In this document: positions 42,501 through 52,845 of the stretch, one piece after another | Position numbering within the stretch: position 1 is the stretch's first letter | Layout of the letters: every line of letters begins with the position of its first letter | Source of the DNA: Acidimicrobiia bacterium | GTDB lineage: Bacteria; Actinomycetota; Acidimicrobiia; Spongiisociales; ZC4RG35 | DNA length: 64,000 nucleotides | Assembly: GCA_965203555.1 (NCBI GenBank) | Contig: CBDBCY010000004.1 | Location: 2,528,001-2,592,000 of the forward strand | Direction: 5' to 3' | Program-made: the position numbers and the translations under genes | The notes under the pieces: model-generated | What the model saw: the letters and a program-made list of their open reading frames with translations, nothing else | Database searches by the model: none | Told to the model about the DNA's origin: nothing

Positions 42501-45101
42501 ATGGAAACATCCCTTGATCAAATGAAGTCCGCCTATGATCCGGCAGAGATCGAACCCCGCTGGTATTCCCGCTGGGAACAGGCCGGAGTGTTCAAACCCG
42601 AGTACCGGCCGGGAGGCGAGCCTTTCTGCGTCGTCATTCCCCCTCCCAATGTGACAGGGTCGCTCCACATGGGCCACGCTCTCAATCACGCTATCCACGA
42701 TGTGATAGCGCGCCGTCTCAGGATGCAAGGACATGCCGTGCTATGGCTACCCGGCACGGACCACGCCGGGATCGCCACCCAGAATGTCGTGGAAAAGTCG
42801 CTGGCGAAAAAAGGGCTGAACCGGTTTGATCTGGGCAGGGAGGCATTCATCGACCAGGTTTGGGAATGGAAAGATGTATACGGGTGGCGGATAACCCAGC
42901 AAATCCGGAGAATGGGCAACTCCTGTGACTGGACGCGGGAGCGATTTACCCTGGACGAAGGTCTGTCCAAGGCCGTCCTGGAAGTGTTTGTCCGACTCTA
43001 CGAGGACGGTCTGATCTACCGGGGCAAGCGGATCATCAATTGGTGCCCGCGGTGCGAGACTGCTCTGGCGGAGATAGAAGTCGAGCATCAACCCGAAGAT
43101 GGGGAGTTGGTGCAAATCTCCTATCCGTTCGTGGACGGATCGGGAGAAGTGACGGTGGCGACCACGCGGGCCGAGACCATGCTCGGGGACACCGGCGTGG
43201 CCGTGCATCCCGACGACGATCGGTTTCGGAACATGGTCGGCAAAACCGTCAGGCTGCCCTTGGTGGGGAGATTGATTCCTGTCGTGGCTGATCGGGAGGT
43301 GGATCCCCGGTTTGGAACCGGGGCAGTGAAAGTTACCCCCGCCCATGACCCCCTCGACTTTGACATTGGGGAGCGACACGGTTTGGAGAGTGTCCTGGTG
43401 CTGGACGACAAGGCGGTGATCACCGAGGCCGGCGGCCGATTTGCGGGACTGGACCGTTTTGCGGCACGGGAAGCCGTGATAGCTGCTTTGAAGGCAGAAG
43501 GCGCCTTGGTCGGCAGGGTGCCTTACCACCATTCGGTGGGCCTCTGTTACCGCTGCGACACGGTCGTCGAGCCTCTTTTGTCCACCCAATGGTTTGTCAA
43601 GGTTGCCGAACTGGCCGGTCCGGCGATCGAGGCGATCAGGTCGGCCGACAACCGTTTCATCCCCGCCCACTGGAAAAAAAGCTACTTCCATTGGATGGAG
43701 AATCTGCGGGATTGGTGTATCTCCCGCCAGATATGGTGGGGCCACCGGATTCCCGCCTGGTACTGCGCTTACGGACATATCACCGTGGCCCGTTCGTCAC
43801 CGCCGGTTTGCCAGGTGTGCGGGGTCGGCGATCTCACCCAGGACGCCGATGTCCTGGACACATGGTTCTCGTCGGCGTTGTGGCCGTTCTCGACCTTGGG
43901 ATGGCCGGAGGAAACCGAGGATCTGGCCAGGTTCTATCCGAACATGGTCCTGATCACCGGTTTCGACATCATCTACTTCTGGGTGGCCCGCATGATGAAG
44001 ATGGGGCTGAGGTTCATGGGAGATGTGCCGTTCCGGGAGACGGTCATCCACGGCTTGGTACGGGACAGCACCGGACGCAAGATGTCCAAGTCGTTGGGAA
44101 ACACCATCGACCCCCTGGTGGTAGCGGAGAAGTACGGCGCCGATCCTCTTCGCTTGGCGCTGATCCAGGCAGCCAATCCGGGGCAGGACGTGCCGCTCGA
44201 TATGGAATGGGTGGAAGGGGCCCGGCGGTTCGGGAACAAACTGTGGAACGCGGTGCGCTACACGCTCCGGCATGTGCCGGCCGGAAGCGTTCCCTCCAGC
44301 GGCGGTTACCCTGCCCGTCCCGGTCCGGTGGATCGCTGGATACTGGCCGGCCTGGGTGGAGTCACCGCCCGATTCGACGAGCTATCCGATGGATATCGCT
44401 TCTCCGACGCCTACGGACTCTTGTACAACTTTGCCTGGGCGGAGGTGTTCGACTGGTACCTGGAGATGTCGAAAGTGGCCCTGGCCGGGGCCGAAGAAGC
44501 CGAAGTAACCCGGCAGACACTGGGGGTGGTGATGCGGGACCTTCTCAAGCTCTTCCATCCCGCCATCCCGTTCCTGACGGAAGAACTGTGGTTTCACTTG
44601 GTGGGTGAGGAATATGTGGCCGGCGCCGATTGGCCGCGGGTTCCCGCCTACGATCAAGTTCCCCAGATGGAAGACCTGAAGGGTCTCATCTCGGGAGTGC
44701 GTCAATTCCGGGCCGCCCAGGGCTTGAGCCTTCGAAAGACCCTGCCTATGGGTATCACCGGCTTTCCCCCGGGGTGGGTGACCGATCTGCTGGAAAAGAT
44801 GGCCGGCCTACGGATCGACGAATGGACGGAGACGCCGGGCGCCGGTCATACCCATGTGCCGGGCGGTCACTGGGACGGCTTCATCCCGCTGGACGGGCTG
44901 GTGGACCCCGTAGCCGAGCGCCGGCGTATTGATCGGGCGATCGCTCGTCTGCAGATCCGGGTTTCCCGATCTTCGGCCAAGTTGGACAATCCGAATTTCG
45001 TGGCGCGTGCTCCTGCGGCGGTGGTCGAGCAGGAACGCGGCAAACTGACTGAGGCAACCGAACGCTTGGGCGCTCTTCGTCGCCAAAGAGAGGCCCTGTA
45101 G
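42501..45101 (+). CDS. valS: Valine--tRNA ligase
   Basis: PPPNVTGSLHMGH, DWCISRQIWWGH, KMSKS, C-terminal coiled coil. Confidence 0.98.
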   Translation: METSLDQMKSAYDPAEIEPRWYSRWEQAGVFKPEYRPGGEPFCVVIPPPNVTGSLHMGHALNHAIHDVIARRLRMQGHAVLWLPGTDHAGIATQNVVEKSLAKKGLNRFDLGREAFIDQVWEWKDVYGWRITQQIRRMGNSCDWTRERFTLDEGLSKAVLEVFVRLYEDGLIYRGKRIINWCPRCETALAEIEVEHQPEDGELVQISYPFVDGSGEVTVATTRAETMLGDTGVAVHPDDDRFRNMVGKTVRLPLVGRLIPVVADREVDPRFGTGAVKVTPAHDPLDFDIGERHGLESVLVLDDKAVITEAGGRFAGLDRFAAREAVIAALKAEGALVGRVPYHHSVGLCYRCDTVVEPLLSTQWFVKVAELAGPAIEAIRSADNRFIPAHWKKSYFHWMENLRDWCISRQIWWGHRIPAWYCAYGHITVARSSPPVCQVCGVGDLTQDADVLDTWFSSALWPFSTLGWPEETEDLARFYPNMVLITGFDIIYFWVARMMKMGLRFMGDVPFRETVIHGLVRDSTGRKMSKSLGNTIDPLVVAEKYGADPLRLALIQAANPGQDVPLDMEWVEGARRFGNKLWNAVRYTLRHVPAGSVPSSGGYPARPGPVDRWILAGLGGVTARFDELSDGYRFSDAYGLLYNFAWAEVFDWYLEMSKVALAGAEEAEVTRQTLGVVMRDLLKLFHPAIPFLTEELWFHLVGEEYVAGADWPRVPAYDQVPQMEDLKGLISGVRQFRAAQGLSLRKTLPMGITGFPPGWVTDLLEKMAGLRIDEWTETPGAGHTHVPGGHWDGFIPLDGLVDPVAERRRIDRAIARLQIRVSRSSAKLDNPNFVARAPAAVVEQERGKLTEATERLGALRRQREAL

Positions 45102-45104
45102 ACC

Positions 45105-46397
45105 GTGGACTACTCAGAAGCGGTCGCCTATCTCTTCTCTCACATAGGTCTGGGGAAGAAATTCGGTCTGGAACCCATGCGCGCCGTCATGGCTCGCATG
45201 GGAGATCCCCACAGGCGACGACGGGTGATACACGTTGCGGGCACCAACGGAAAGACCTCCACCTCCCGAATGGCCGGGCAAGTGTTGCTGACGCAGAGCT
45301 ACCGCGCCGGGGTCTTCACTTCTCCCCACCTCCAGCAGGTTGAAGAGAGGATTGCAGTGGACGGACGGCCCGTTTCGCGCAGTCACTTTGCACAGGCCTT
45401 GTCCGAGGTGGCCGAGGCCGTTGTGGATGAAGTGGCAGATGGCGGCAGGCCTCTCACCTATTTCGAGTTGACCACCGCAGCCGCCTTTGCTCACTTCATC
45501 CGGGCACAGGTGGACGCCATGGTCTTGGAGGTAGGTCTGGGTGGAAGGTTGGACGCCACCAACGTTGTCTCCGCAGAAGTAGCGGTGGTCACCGGTCTGG
45601 GATTCGACCACACCGAGTATCTGGGAGACACCATTCCCCAGATCGCCGAGGAGAAACTGGGCATTGTCGGGCCCGGCGCCAGGCTGGTGTGCGGCGCTAT
45701 CCCGTCCGAAGCCGCACCGGTGGTGGAGAGGAAAGTGCGTTCAGTGGGGGCCGACGTTATGTGGCTGGGCAAGGACTTCGGTGTCAGGTCGGTCATTCCC
45801 AGGTCAGAGGGCGGGTGGACGGTTTCCGTGGACGGATTGTACGGATCCTATGAGAATCTGCGGTTGCCCCTGCGAGGTCGCTACCAGGTGCGGAACCTGG
45901 CCGTGGCGATAGCGGCGGCCGAATCATGGTTGGATCACGGTCTGGATGCCGACCGGCTTCGGGCCGGGTTGTCCGCAGTGTCGGCGCCGGGAAGAATGGA
46001 ACTGGTCGACTACGAGTCGGCGCCTCTTCTTCTGGACGGGGCTCACAACCCCGAGGCTTGTCTGGTTCTGGCCAAGTCGCTCCTGGAGGAATTCGGAGAG
46101 AGAAAGTGGGTGGGCGTGCTGGGAGTGATGAGCGACAAGGACTTGGAATCGATGATTGCCGGATTGGCGCCGCATTTGACCGAAGTTGTGGCTTCCCGGT
46201 CGGATTCGCCTCGCGCCTTGCATCCGAGCCAACTCGCTGAACGGATCAAAGCGGTGTGTGACTTGCAAGTGGTGGAATACCCGGACCCGTCCGAGGCAAT
46301 TCGTCAGGCGCGGCGCATCGCCGGGGAGGGTGGCCGGGTTCTGGTGACGGGTTCGCTCTACCTGGTCGGGGAGGTGCGGACGTTGCTGGGATTGTAG
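45105..46397 (+). CDS. folC: Folylpolyglutamate synthase / dihydrofolate synthase
   Basis: HVAGTNGKTS, FTSPHL, EVGLGGRLDATN, LDGAHN and TGSLYLVG motifs. Confidence 0.96.
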   Translation: MDYSEAVAYLFSHIGLGKKFGLEPMRAVMARMGDPHRRRRVIHVAGTNGKTSTSRMAGQVLLTQSYRAGVFTSPHLQQVEERIAVDGRPVSRSHFAQALSEVAEAVVDEVADGGRPLTYFELTTAAAFAHFIRAQVDAMVLEVGLGGRLDATNVVSAEVAVVTGLGFDHTEYLGDTIPQIAEEKLGIVGPGARLVCGAIPSEAAPVVERKVRSVGADVMWLGKDFGVRSVIPRSEGGWTVSVDGLYGSYENLRLPLRGRYQVRNLAVAIAAAESWLDHGLDADRLRAGLSAVSAPGRMELVDYESAPLLLDGAHNPEACLVLAKSLLEEFGERKWVGVLGVMSDKDLESMIAGLAPHLTEVVASRSDSPRALHPSQLAERIKAVCDLQVVEYPDPSEAIRQARRIAGEGGRVLVTGSLYLVGEVRTLLGL

Positions 46398-46424
46398 GGA
46401 GGATGACCTAATCTTGGCGGAAAG

Positions 46425-46498
46425 GCCGGAGTAGCTCAGCCAGGCAGAGCAGCTCACTCGTAATGAGCAGGCCAGGGGTTCGAATCCCCTCTCCGGCT
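46425..46498 (+). tRNA. tRNA-Thr(CGT)
   Basis: GCCGGAG acceptor; GCTCA-CT-CGT-AA-TGAGC; GGTTCGAATCC. Confidence 0.95.
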
Positions 46499-46515
46499 CA
46501 ATAGAATCTTTCGGT

Positions 46516-46920
46516 ATGGCTTGTGAACAAACGTTTGTAATGGTCAAGCCCGATGGGGTGTCCCGTGGTTTGGTGGGCGAGATAATTCGTCGCCTGGAGC
46601 GAAAGGGCCTGCGTCTGGTAAAAGCGCGTCTGCAGACCGTCGACGACAGTTTGGCCGGTGAACATTACGCAGAGCACCGGGAACGTCCGTTCTTTGGGGA
46701 GTTGATTGCTTTTATCACCGGAGGGCCGGTCATGGCGATGGTGTGGGAAGGAGAGTCGGCGGTGTCGGTGGCGAGGTTGATAATGGGCCCGACCAATCCG
46801 GCTACCGCCCCTCCCGGCACCATTCGTGGGGACTTCGGCTTGGAGACGACCCGGAATCTCGTGCATGGTTCCGATTCTCCGACCAGCGCCAGTCGGGAAA
46901 TAGCTCTATGGTTCGGTTAG
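46516..46920 (+). CDS. ndk: Nucleoside diphosphate kinase
   Basis: [13 protein letters not shown] and NLVHGSDS motifs. Confidence 0.97.
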   Translation: MACEQTFVMVKPDGVSRGLVGEIIRRLERKGLRLVKARLQTVDDSLAGEHYAEHRERPFFGELIAFITGGPVMAMVWEGESAVSVARLIMGPTNPATAPPGTIRGDFGLETTRNLVHGSDSPTSASREIALWFG

Positions 46921-46959
46921 CATTCTAAAGAGTTCGCTTAGGTTGCGCTCGGAGATGAG

Positions 46960-47982
46960 ATGTTCTCCATGATTTTGGGCAGCCAGGCTATGGCAATAGA
47001 TCTCGGAACTGCCAATACCCTGGTTTATTTACGCGGCAAAGGGGTGGTGCTGGGAGAGCCTTCAGTAGTAGCCATAGATTCGCGCTCGGGTGAACTTCTG
47101 GCAGTGGGCGCCGAAGCCAAACACATGATCGGCAGAACCCCCGCGCAGATCAAAGCCATTCGACCGCTGCGAGACGGGGTGATCGCCGATTTCGACATCA
47201 CCGCCCGGATGATTCGATACTTTGTCAAGAAGGTCCAGCCCCGCTGGTTCTACCGCCCCGAAATCGTGGTGTGCGTGCCTTCGGAGAGCAGCACCGTGGA
47301 ACGGAGGGCGGCGGAGGATGCGGCTTTCAAGGCGGGGGCCCGCCGTGCCTATGTAATTGAAGAGAGCATGGCGGCCGCCATTGGCGAAGATCTTCCCGTT
47401 TCCGAGGCAAAAGGCTCGATGGTGGTGGATATAGGGGGCGGTACCACTGAAATCGGCGTTCTGTCACTGGGAGGGGTGGTGGCCGGCCGGAGTATCCGCA
47501 CCGCGGGATATGCCATGGACCAGGCGATAATCGAGTGGATCCAATATGAGAAGGGCCTACGGATCGGAACAAGAACCGCAGAGGACCTCAAAATCGCCAT
47601 CGGCTCCGCCTGGCCCCGAGAGAACCGGATGGCCGAGATCCAGGGACATAATCTTCACACCGGTCAGCCCGACAAAGTGGTGGTGACGACCTCGGAAATC
47701 CGGGAGGCGATCAAACAACCGGTGGATGAGATAGTGGATACCGTTAGGAAGAGCCTGACGGTGGTCAACCCGGACATAGCTTCCGACATCATAGGTCAGG
47801 GAATTGTGGTGACCGGAGGCGGCGCCTTGCTGCCCGGTTTGAAAGATCTCCTGGAAAAGGAGATCAAGATCAAAGTCAGGGTGTCTGCCAATCCGTTGCT
47901 GTCCGTGGTATTGGGCGCCGGCAAATGCCTGGAAGAGCGGCAGTCGTTCAAGAACGTGCTTTCTATCACGTCCAGCGTTTGA
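46960..47982 (+). CDS. mreB: Rod shape-determining protein MreB
   Basis: IDLGTANT, RPLRDGVIADF, VDIGGGTTE and TGGGALL motifs. Confidence 0.96.
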   Translation: MFSMILGSQAMAIDLGTANTLVYLRGKGVVLGEPSVVAIDSRSGELLAVGAEAKHMIGRTPAQIKAIRPLRDGVIADFDITARMIRYFVKKVQPRWFYRPEIVVCVPSESSTVERRAAEDAAFKAGARRAYVIEESMAAAIGEDLPVSEAKGSMVVDIGGGTTEIGVLSLGGVVAGRSIRTAGYAMDQAIIEWIQYEKGLRIGTRTAEDLKIAIGSAWPRENRMAEIQGHNLHTGQPDKVVVTTSEIREAIKQPVDEIVDTVRKSLTVVNPDIASDIIGQGIVVTGGGALLPGLKDLLEKEIKIKVRVSANPLLSVVLGAGKCLEERQSFKNVLSITSSV

Positions 47983-48001
47983 ACCCAGCGACGGGCTGGT
48001 C

Positions 48002-48823
48002 GTGTACGAGTTCAGGTCCAGAGGCCGGACCATGGTGCTAACCGTCCTGCTGCTGGTATCGGTCCTGTCGGCTACCTTGGAAGTTAGAGCAGGAGGGTGG
48101 GGAGTGATGCGAGTCGGAGTGGGCAGTTTGCTGGTTCCCTTGCAAAGAGTGGCGACCGAAATCTTCGATCCCATGGTCGACACGGTGGAAGGCTTGGTGG
48201 GGATCGCAACCCTGCGCTCCCAAAACGAGGCATTGCGCGCCGAGTTGGCCGAGGCTCTGGCCGAGATGGCGGCGGTGGAAGATCAACTGGCGCGACTGGA
48301 GTCATTGGAACGGCTGGCGGGTTTGGATCTGCCCGACGTGGAGCAGGCGAGGACCCTGGCCAATGTCGTCGGGCGACAGGTGGGGTTCGAATTCCATTTG
48401 AGGATCGACAAAGGCTTGGAAGACGGGGTGATTGGCGGGAATCCGGTCCTGGATGAAAACGGGTACCTGCTGGGGAGGATCGGCGCTTCAGCCCAGGATT
48501 TCGCCACCGTGATACCTATTACGGCCGATGTTGAGGGGCTGACGGTGCTGGTGGCGGGCAGCGTGGGAATTCTCCGACCTCGGGTCGGGTCGGACATTCT
48601 CAGCCTGGAGATCATCGACCGTCCCCCGATAGTGGCCGAAGGCGAGGAGGTGGTCACATCGCAGCTGTCAGTGAACTTTCCACCCGGTCTGCCGGTGGGG
48701 GCCTTGCAGGGTGAAGCGGAAGTTGTGGGGTCAGTCCTGCGTGGTTCGGTGAAGCCCTTTGCGGATCCCCAGCGGGTGAGAGCGGTACTGGTGGTGTCAT
48801 GGCCCCCCGGTCCCAATGAGTAG
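48002..48823 (+). CDS. mreC: Rod shape-determining protein MreC
   Basis: N-terminal TM, coiled coil, IDKG..DGV, VVTS...FPPGLPVG; synteny. Confidence 0.9.
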   Translation: MYEFRSRGRTMVLTVLLLVSVLSATLEVRAGGWGVMRVGVGSLLVPLQRVATEIFDPMVDTVEGLVGIATLRSQNEALRAELAEALAEMAAVEDQLARLESLERLAGLDLPDVEQARTLANVVGRQVGFEFHLRIDKGLEDGVIGGNPVLDENGYLLGRIGASAQDFATVIPITADVEGLTVLVAGSVGILRPRVGSDILSLEIIDRPPIVAEGEEVVTSQLSVNFPPGLPVGALQGEAEVVGSVLRGSVKPFADPQRVRAVLVVSWPPGPNE

Positions 48824-49415
48824 TCGTTTTCGCTCTCGCCGTTACCGGGCCCGGAGGGAATCGGCTCGGACCCTGACCGGGTCGGTGTCGCGCCGTGCTT
48901 CTTTCTTTCCCTTGCAACGTTCTATCCGTTGGGGGCGGGGACTTGCCTGGTCGGGGGTGGTCGTGGTGGCAGTCGTCCTGCAGACTTCGGTGATGGGAAG
49001 GATCCAGATTGCCGGGGTGTCTCCGGATCTGGTGATGGTGGTGATAGCCTATGGCGCTTTTCGGATCAGAGACACCGGGGTTCTCTTCCTGGGGTTCTTG
49101 GGTGGACTGTTGCTTGACGCGTCGGGGACCGCGGTGTTGGGACTGTGGTCCTTCTCTATGACAGTGGTGGCGTGGGGCGCCATGCTCACCCGCGAACAGG
49201 GAGGGCGGGGAGTTTCGGTGAACGCTTTGCGCATGTTGCTCTTGACCCTGGCCGGCATTGTTGCCCATACGGTGATCAGCATTGCCTTTGGAGAGTGGTC
49301 TCTGGCTCTCTGGGAGGCTCTGCGACGGATAACTCTGACGCCGGTGCTAAATTTCCTCGTCGCCATGGCGTTGTTCCCCCTGTCCAGCCGACTGTGGGTG
49401 CCATCTCTGAAATGA
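48816..49415 (+). CDS. mreD: Rod shape-determining protein MreD
   Basis: Hydrophobic; GVSPDL...GFLGGLLLD; synteny. Confidence 0.85.
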   Translation: MSSRFRSRRYRARRESARTLTGSVSRRASFFPLQRSIRWGRGLAWSGVVVVAVVLQTSVMGRIQIAGVSPDLVMVVIAYGAFRIRDTGVLFLGFLGGLLLDASGTAVLGLWSFSMTVVAWGAMLTREQGGRGVSVNALRMLLLTLAGIVAHTVISIAFGEWSLALWEALRRITLTPVLNFLVAMALFPLSSRLWVPSLK

Positions 49416-51400
49416 AGAGGCCTTATCGGATAGCTGTGGTGGCGGGTTTCTTCGCCCTGCTGTTCGGATTCTTGGGGATCCGCCTTTGGTTCCTGCAGGT
49501 GGGTGAGGGAGTGGCGGCGGCAGCCATCGTTGAAGAGGAGGGGCTGGTCTCGGTGAAGACGCCGGCGCCGCGTGGGGATATCCGGGATCGCAACGGGCAA
49601 CTGCTGGTGACCAGTCGAATCGTTCCAATGGTGGTGCTGGACAGGCAACTGCTGCAGTCCTCACAGAAAGAGGAGGCGATTGCGCGTTTGGCTGCGCGCC
49701 TGGATATACCGTCCGAGTGGATAGCTGCTCTTTATGACGAGGCGGGAGTCAACCAGCGGTTTCCGCTGGCGGTGGTTGATGCGGTGACCGCCTACCAATT
49801 GCAAGAACAATTGCGTTCCTTTCCGGGCGTGGTGGTGGAGAACTATCCGGAGAGGGTCTATCTGACGGGTGGCACGATGTCCCACGTGATAGGACATCTG
49901 GGTTACCCTTCCGACGAGGACTTGCAGCAGCGACCCTTTCTGGATCCCAACGTTCGAATCGGCAAGCTGGGGGTGGAGGGCTTCTATGACGAGTGGCTGC
50001 AAGGGATATCCGGCGAACGTGTCTATCGGGTCAATCGAGCCGGGAGGATCACAGAGGAGCGGGCTGAGGTTCCACCCGCCTCGGGAGCGACCGTCTACCT
50101 AACTGTTGACGAACGTCTCCAGAGGGTGGTGGAGAACGCCCTGTTGGAGGGGATTGAACTCTCCAACCTGATCAAGGATGAGGAGAGGGAACTGCCTTTG
50201 GCGGAGGGGGAAACCCGGGCGGCCCTCAATCCCACCGAGCGGGCCACAGCGGTGGTGATGGACGTCACCAACGGAGAGGTTCTGGCCCTGGCCAGCTCTC
50301 CCGACTTCGATCCCCAGCAGTTCGTGTGGGGAATCGATCAATTCGAATTTGCCCGACTTTCGGATGAGAAAGCCTTCCTCAACCTGGCGGTGGGTGGACT
50401 CTATCCGCCGGCTTCCACTTTCAAAGCCATTACGTACACGGCGGCCCTTCTCAACAACATACCCTTTGCGGCGGCCATCGAGGGAGTGGACAGCGTCAAC
50501 CGGAGAATCAACTGTGATGGGGAACTGGTACTGACCGAGATCGAGGAAGGAAGTCCCCAGGTCTTTCGCGACTGGTACTACCCGCGGGCATTGGGATGGC
50601 TCGACATTCACGGCGCATTCGAACATTCCTGCAACATCTACTTTTACAACCTGGCTCTGGGAGTCTGGCGCAATTGGCGCAACACCGATCGAGAGAATGT
50701 TCTTCAGGAAACGGCCCGCTCCATAGGCTATGGTTCCTTCACGGGGGTGGATCTCTCCGGTGATCAGGCCGGCATAGTACCCGACCGGGATCTATTCGAA
50801 AGCTGGAAACGGACTCAACTCGAGGACCCCGCCGCCCCTGTTCGATTGGACCCGGCTCGTCTCGCCCTGGCCAGTCCCTGGCTGGGGGGCGATCTGATGA
50901 ACCTGGCGATCGGACAGGGTGACATGCTTGCATCCCCCCTGCAGGTGGCTGTCTCCTACGGCGCGCTGGCCAATGGCGGGACGGTGTGGACTCCACGCGT
51001 GGTGAGTCAAGTACGTTCACCGGATGGGGAATTGTTGTGGGCAGCCATCCCCGACGCCAGAAACCAGATCGACCTTCCCGAATCGATTGTCGCCTCCCTG
51101 CTGTCCGACATGAACCGGGTGGTGGTCAGCGGTACCGCCCGGCGGGCCTTTTCGGGGTTCGGACCATCGTTGAATCAGGTGGGAGGCAAGACCGGAACCG
51201 GCCAGTCCTCGGCCAACCGGGACAGTCACGCCTGGTTTGTGGGGGTGGCGCCGGTCAACAGCCCCAAATGGGTGGTAGTGGTGCTGGTGGATGAAGGCGG
51301 CTCTGGCGGCAGGGTTGCGGCGCCCATGGGCCGGTACATTATGCAGCATCTGATGGGAGAAGAGTTGGATCCGATCGAGGCGGGGGAGGCGACCGACTGA
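49412..51400 (+). CDS. mrdA: Penicillin-binding protein 2
   Basis: APRGDIRDRNG, STFK (SxxK), SCN (SxN) and KTGT motifs. Confidence 0.93.
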   Translation: MKRPYRIAVVAGFFALLFGFLGIRLWFLQVGEGVAAAAIVEEEGLVSVKTPAPRGDIRDRNGQLLVTSRIVPMVVLDRQLLQSSQKEEAIARLAARLDIPSEWIAALYDEAGVNQRFPLAVVDAVTAYQLQEQLRSFPGVVVENYPERVYLTGGTMSHVIGHLGYPSDEDLQQRPFLDPNVRIGKLGVEGFYDEWLQGISGERVYRVNRAGRITEERAEVPPASGATVYLTVDERLQRVVENALLEGIELSNLIKDEERELPLAEGETRAALNPTERATAVVMDVTNGEVLALASSPDFDPQQFVWGIDQFEFARLSDEKAFLNLAVGGLYPPASTFKAITYTAALLNNIPFAAAIEGVDSVNRRINCDGELVLTEIEEGSPQVFRDWYYPRALGWLDIHGAFEHSCNIYFYNLALGVWRNWRNTDRENVLQETARSIGYGSFTGVDLSGDQAGIVPDRDLFESWKRTQLEDPAAPVRLDPARLALASPWLGGDLMNLAIGQGDMLASPLQVAVSYGALANGGTVWTPRVVSQVRSPDGELLWAAIPDARNQIDLPESIVASLLSDMNRVVVSGTARRAFSGFGPSLNQVGGKTGTGQSSANRDSHAWFVGVAPVNSPKWVVVVLVDEGGSGGRVAAPMGRYIMQHLMGEELDPIEAGEATD

Positions 51401-52596
51401 TGGCGCTTCTTCCCCGACGGCAGGGCGGATGGTGGATCGGAAGGGGCGAGAGTGTTTCCCGGCCCGACCTGGGTCTGGTGGGTGCGGTAGTGGTGTTGTC
51501 GGGATTCGGTTTGCTGATGATCTATTCGGCTACCAGGGCCGCTTTGCAACGTCGGGAACTGTTGCCGTCGGCATCCACCGAGCGCCAGATGGTTTTCATG
51601 CTGATTGGCTTGGCGGTCATGTTTGTGCTCAGTTATCTCGACTACCGGGACTATCGGTTTCTGGGGCCCGTCCTGTATGTCGTCTGCCTGGCGGCTTTGG
51701 GGGTGGCGTTTCTGTTCGATCCGGTGAATGGGGTGCAAAGATGGATCAGTTTTGGGCCGATCAACATCCAACCCGCCGAATTTACGAAGCTGGTGTTGGT
51801 CATGGTGCTGGCTTCCCTGCTGAGCAGCGATCCTGACGAATCGTCCCAGCAACTGTCATGGAGGAGAGTCTTGTATGCGGTGATTCTGTCGGTATGTCCC
51901 ATGGTGCTGATCTTCCTGCAGCCGGATCTGGGCACCATGATGGCGTATCCGCCAATCCTCCTACTGATGCTATTTGTGGCCGGTGCTACGAGGGCCCAAT
52001 TGGCGACTATCGTGCTCACTGCTGTCGGGTCGGTGCTGGCTGTTTGGCGGCTCGGGTTCTTGGCGGGTCATCAGATCGATCGGCTACGGGTGTTCGTCGA
52101 TCCCGATTTGGATCCGCAGGGTCTCGGCTGGAGTATCAGGCAGGCCAGACTGGCCATTTCTTCCGGTCAGCTGACCGGCCAAGGTCTTTTCGAGGGTGCC
52201 ATTACCAACCAGGGATTGGTTCCCGAACAAGAAAGCGACTTCATTTTCACCGCGGTGGGCGAGCAGATGGGCTTCGTGGGCGGCTCGCTGGTGTTGGTGG
52301 CGTTTTGCTTTGTGATGTGGCGACTTCTCCGCATTGCGGTCTCCGCTGCCGATCAATACGGATCGCTAATCGCGACAGGAGTGGCGGCGATGGTAATGTT
52401 TCACGTCTTCATCAGCGTCGGGATGACCCTGGGATTGGTGCCCATTACCGGCCTTCCTCTCCCCTTTCTGAGTCAGGGAGGGTCTTTCTATTTGACGGTT
52501 ACGGCAGGAATTGGAATCTGCTTGGCGATCTGGAAACTCCGACCCAGCGCCTGGTTGGGTGGAATGTCCAGGGGCGGCGCCGGCATCACGGGATAG
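51400..52596 (+). CDS. rodA: Rod shape-determining protein RodA (SEDS)
   Basis: QPAEFTK, LQPDLGT, PEQESDFIF and PITGLPLPFLSQGGS motifs. Confidence 0.93.
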   Translation: MALLPRRQGGWWIGRGESVSRPDLGLVGAVVVLSGFGLLMIYSATRAALQRRELLPSASTERQMVFMLIGLAVMFVLSYLDYRDYRFLGPVLYVVCLAALGVAFLFDPVNGVQRWISFGPINIQPAEFTKLVLVMVLASLLSSDPDESSQQLSWRRVLYAVILSVCPMVLIFLQPDLGTMMAYPPILLLMLFVAGATRAQLATIVLTAVGSVLAVWRLGFLAGHQIDRLRVFVDPDLDPQGLGWSIRQARLAISSGQLTGQGLFEGAITNQGLVPEQESDFIFTAVGEQMGFVGGSLVLVAFCFVMWRLLRIAVSAADQYGSLIATGVAAMVMFHVFISVGMTLGLVPITGLPLPFLSQGGSFYLTVTAGIGICLAIWKLRPSAWLGGMSRGGAGITG

Positions 52597-52845
52597 GACC
52601 GGCCATTTCGGGGCCATTTCCTGCTCGTTCGCTCAATAGATTTCGTTTTGTGTTCAGGATCGCTTAAAATGGCAAAAGCAAGTGGGCGCGGCCGAGAAGG
52701 CTCCGCCCCACCGAGACAGAAGCTTGGGGTCGTTCTCTTTGATCTTGCCTGTGGGGGTGGTGTTCAGCCGGGGATAGGGGAGAGAAGCTGAGCCGGAGAG
52801 AGAGGCGCCGATTCCCATTGATGATTGCACAAAGGAGGGTTGTTT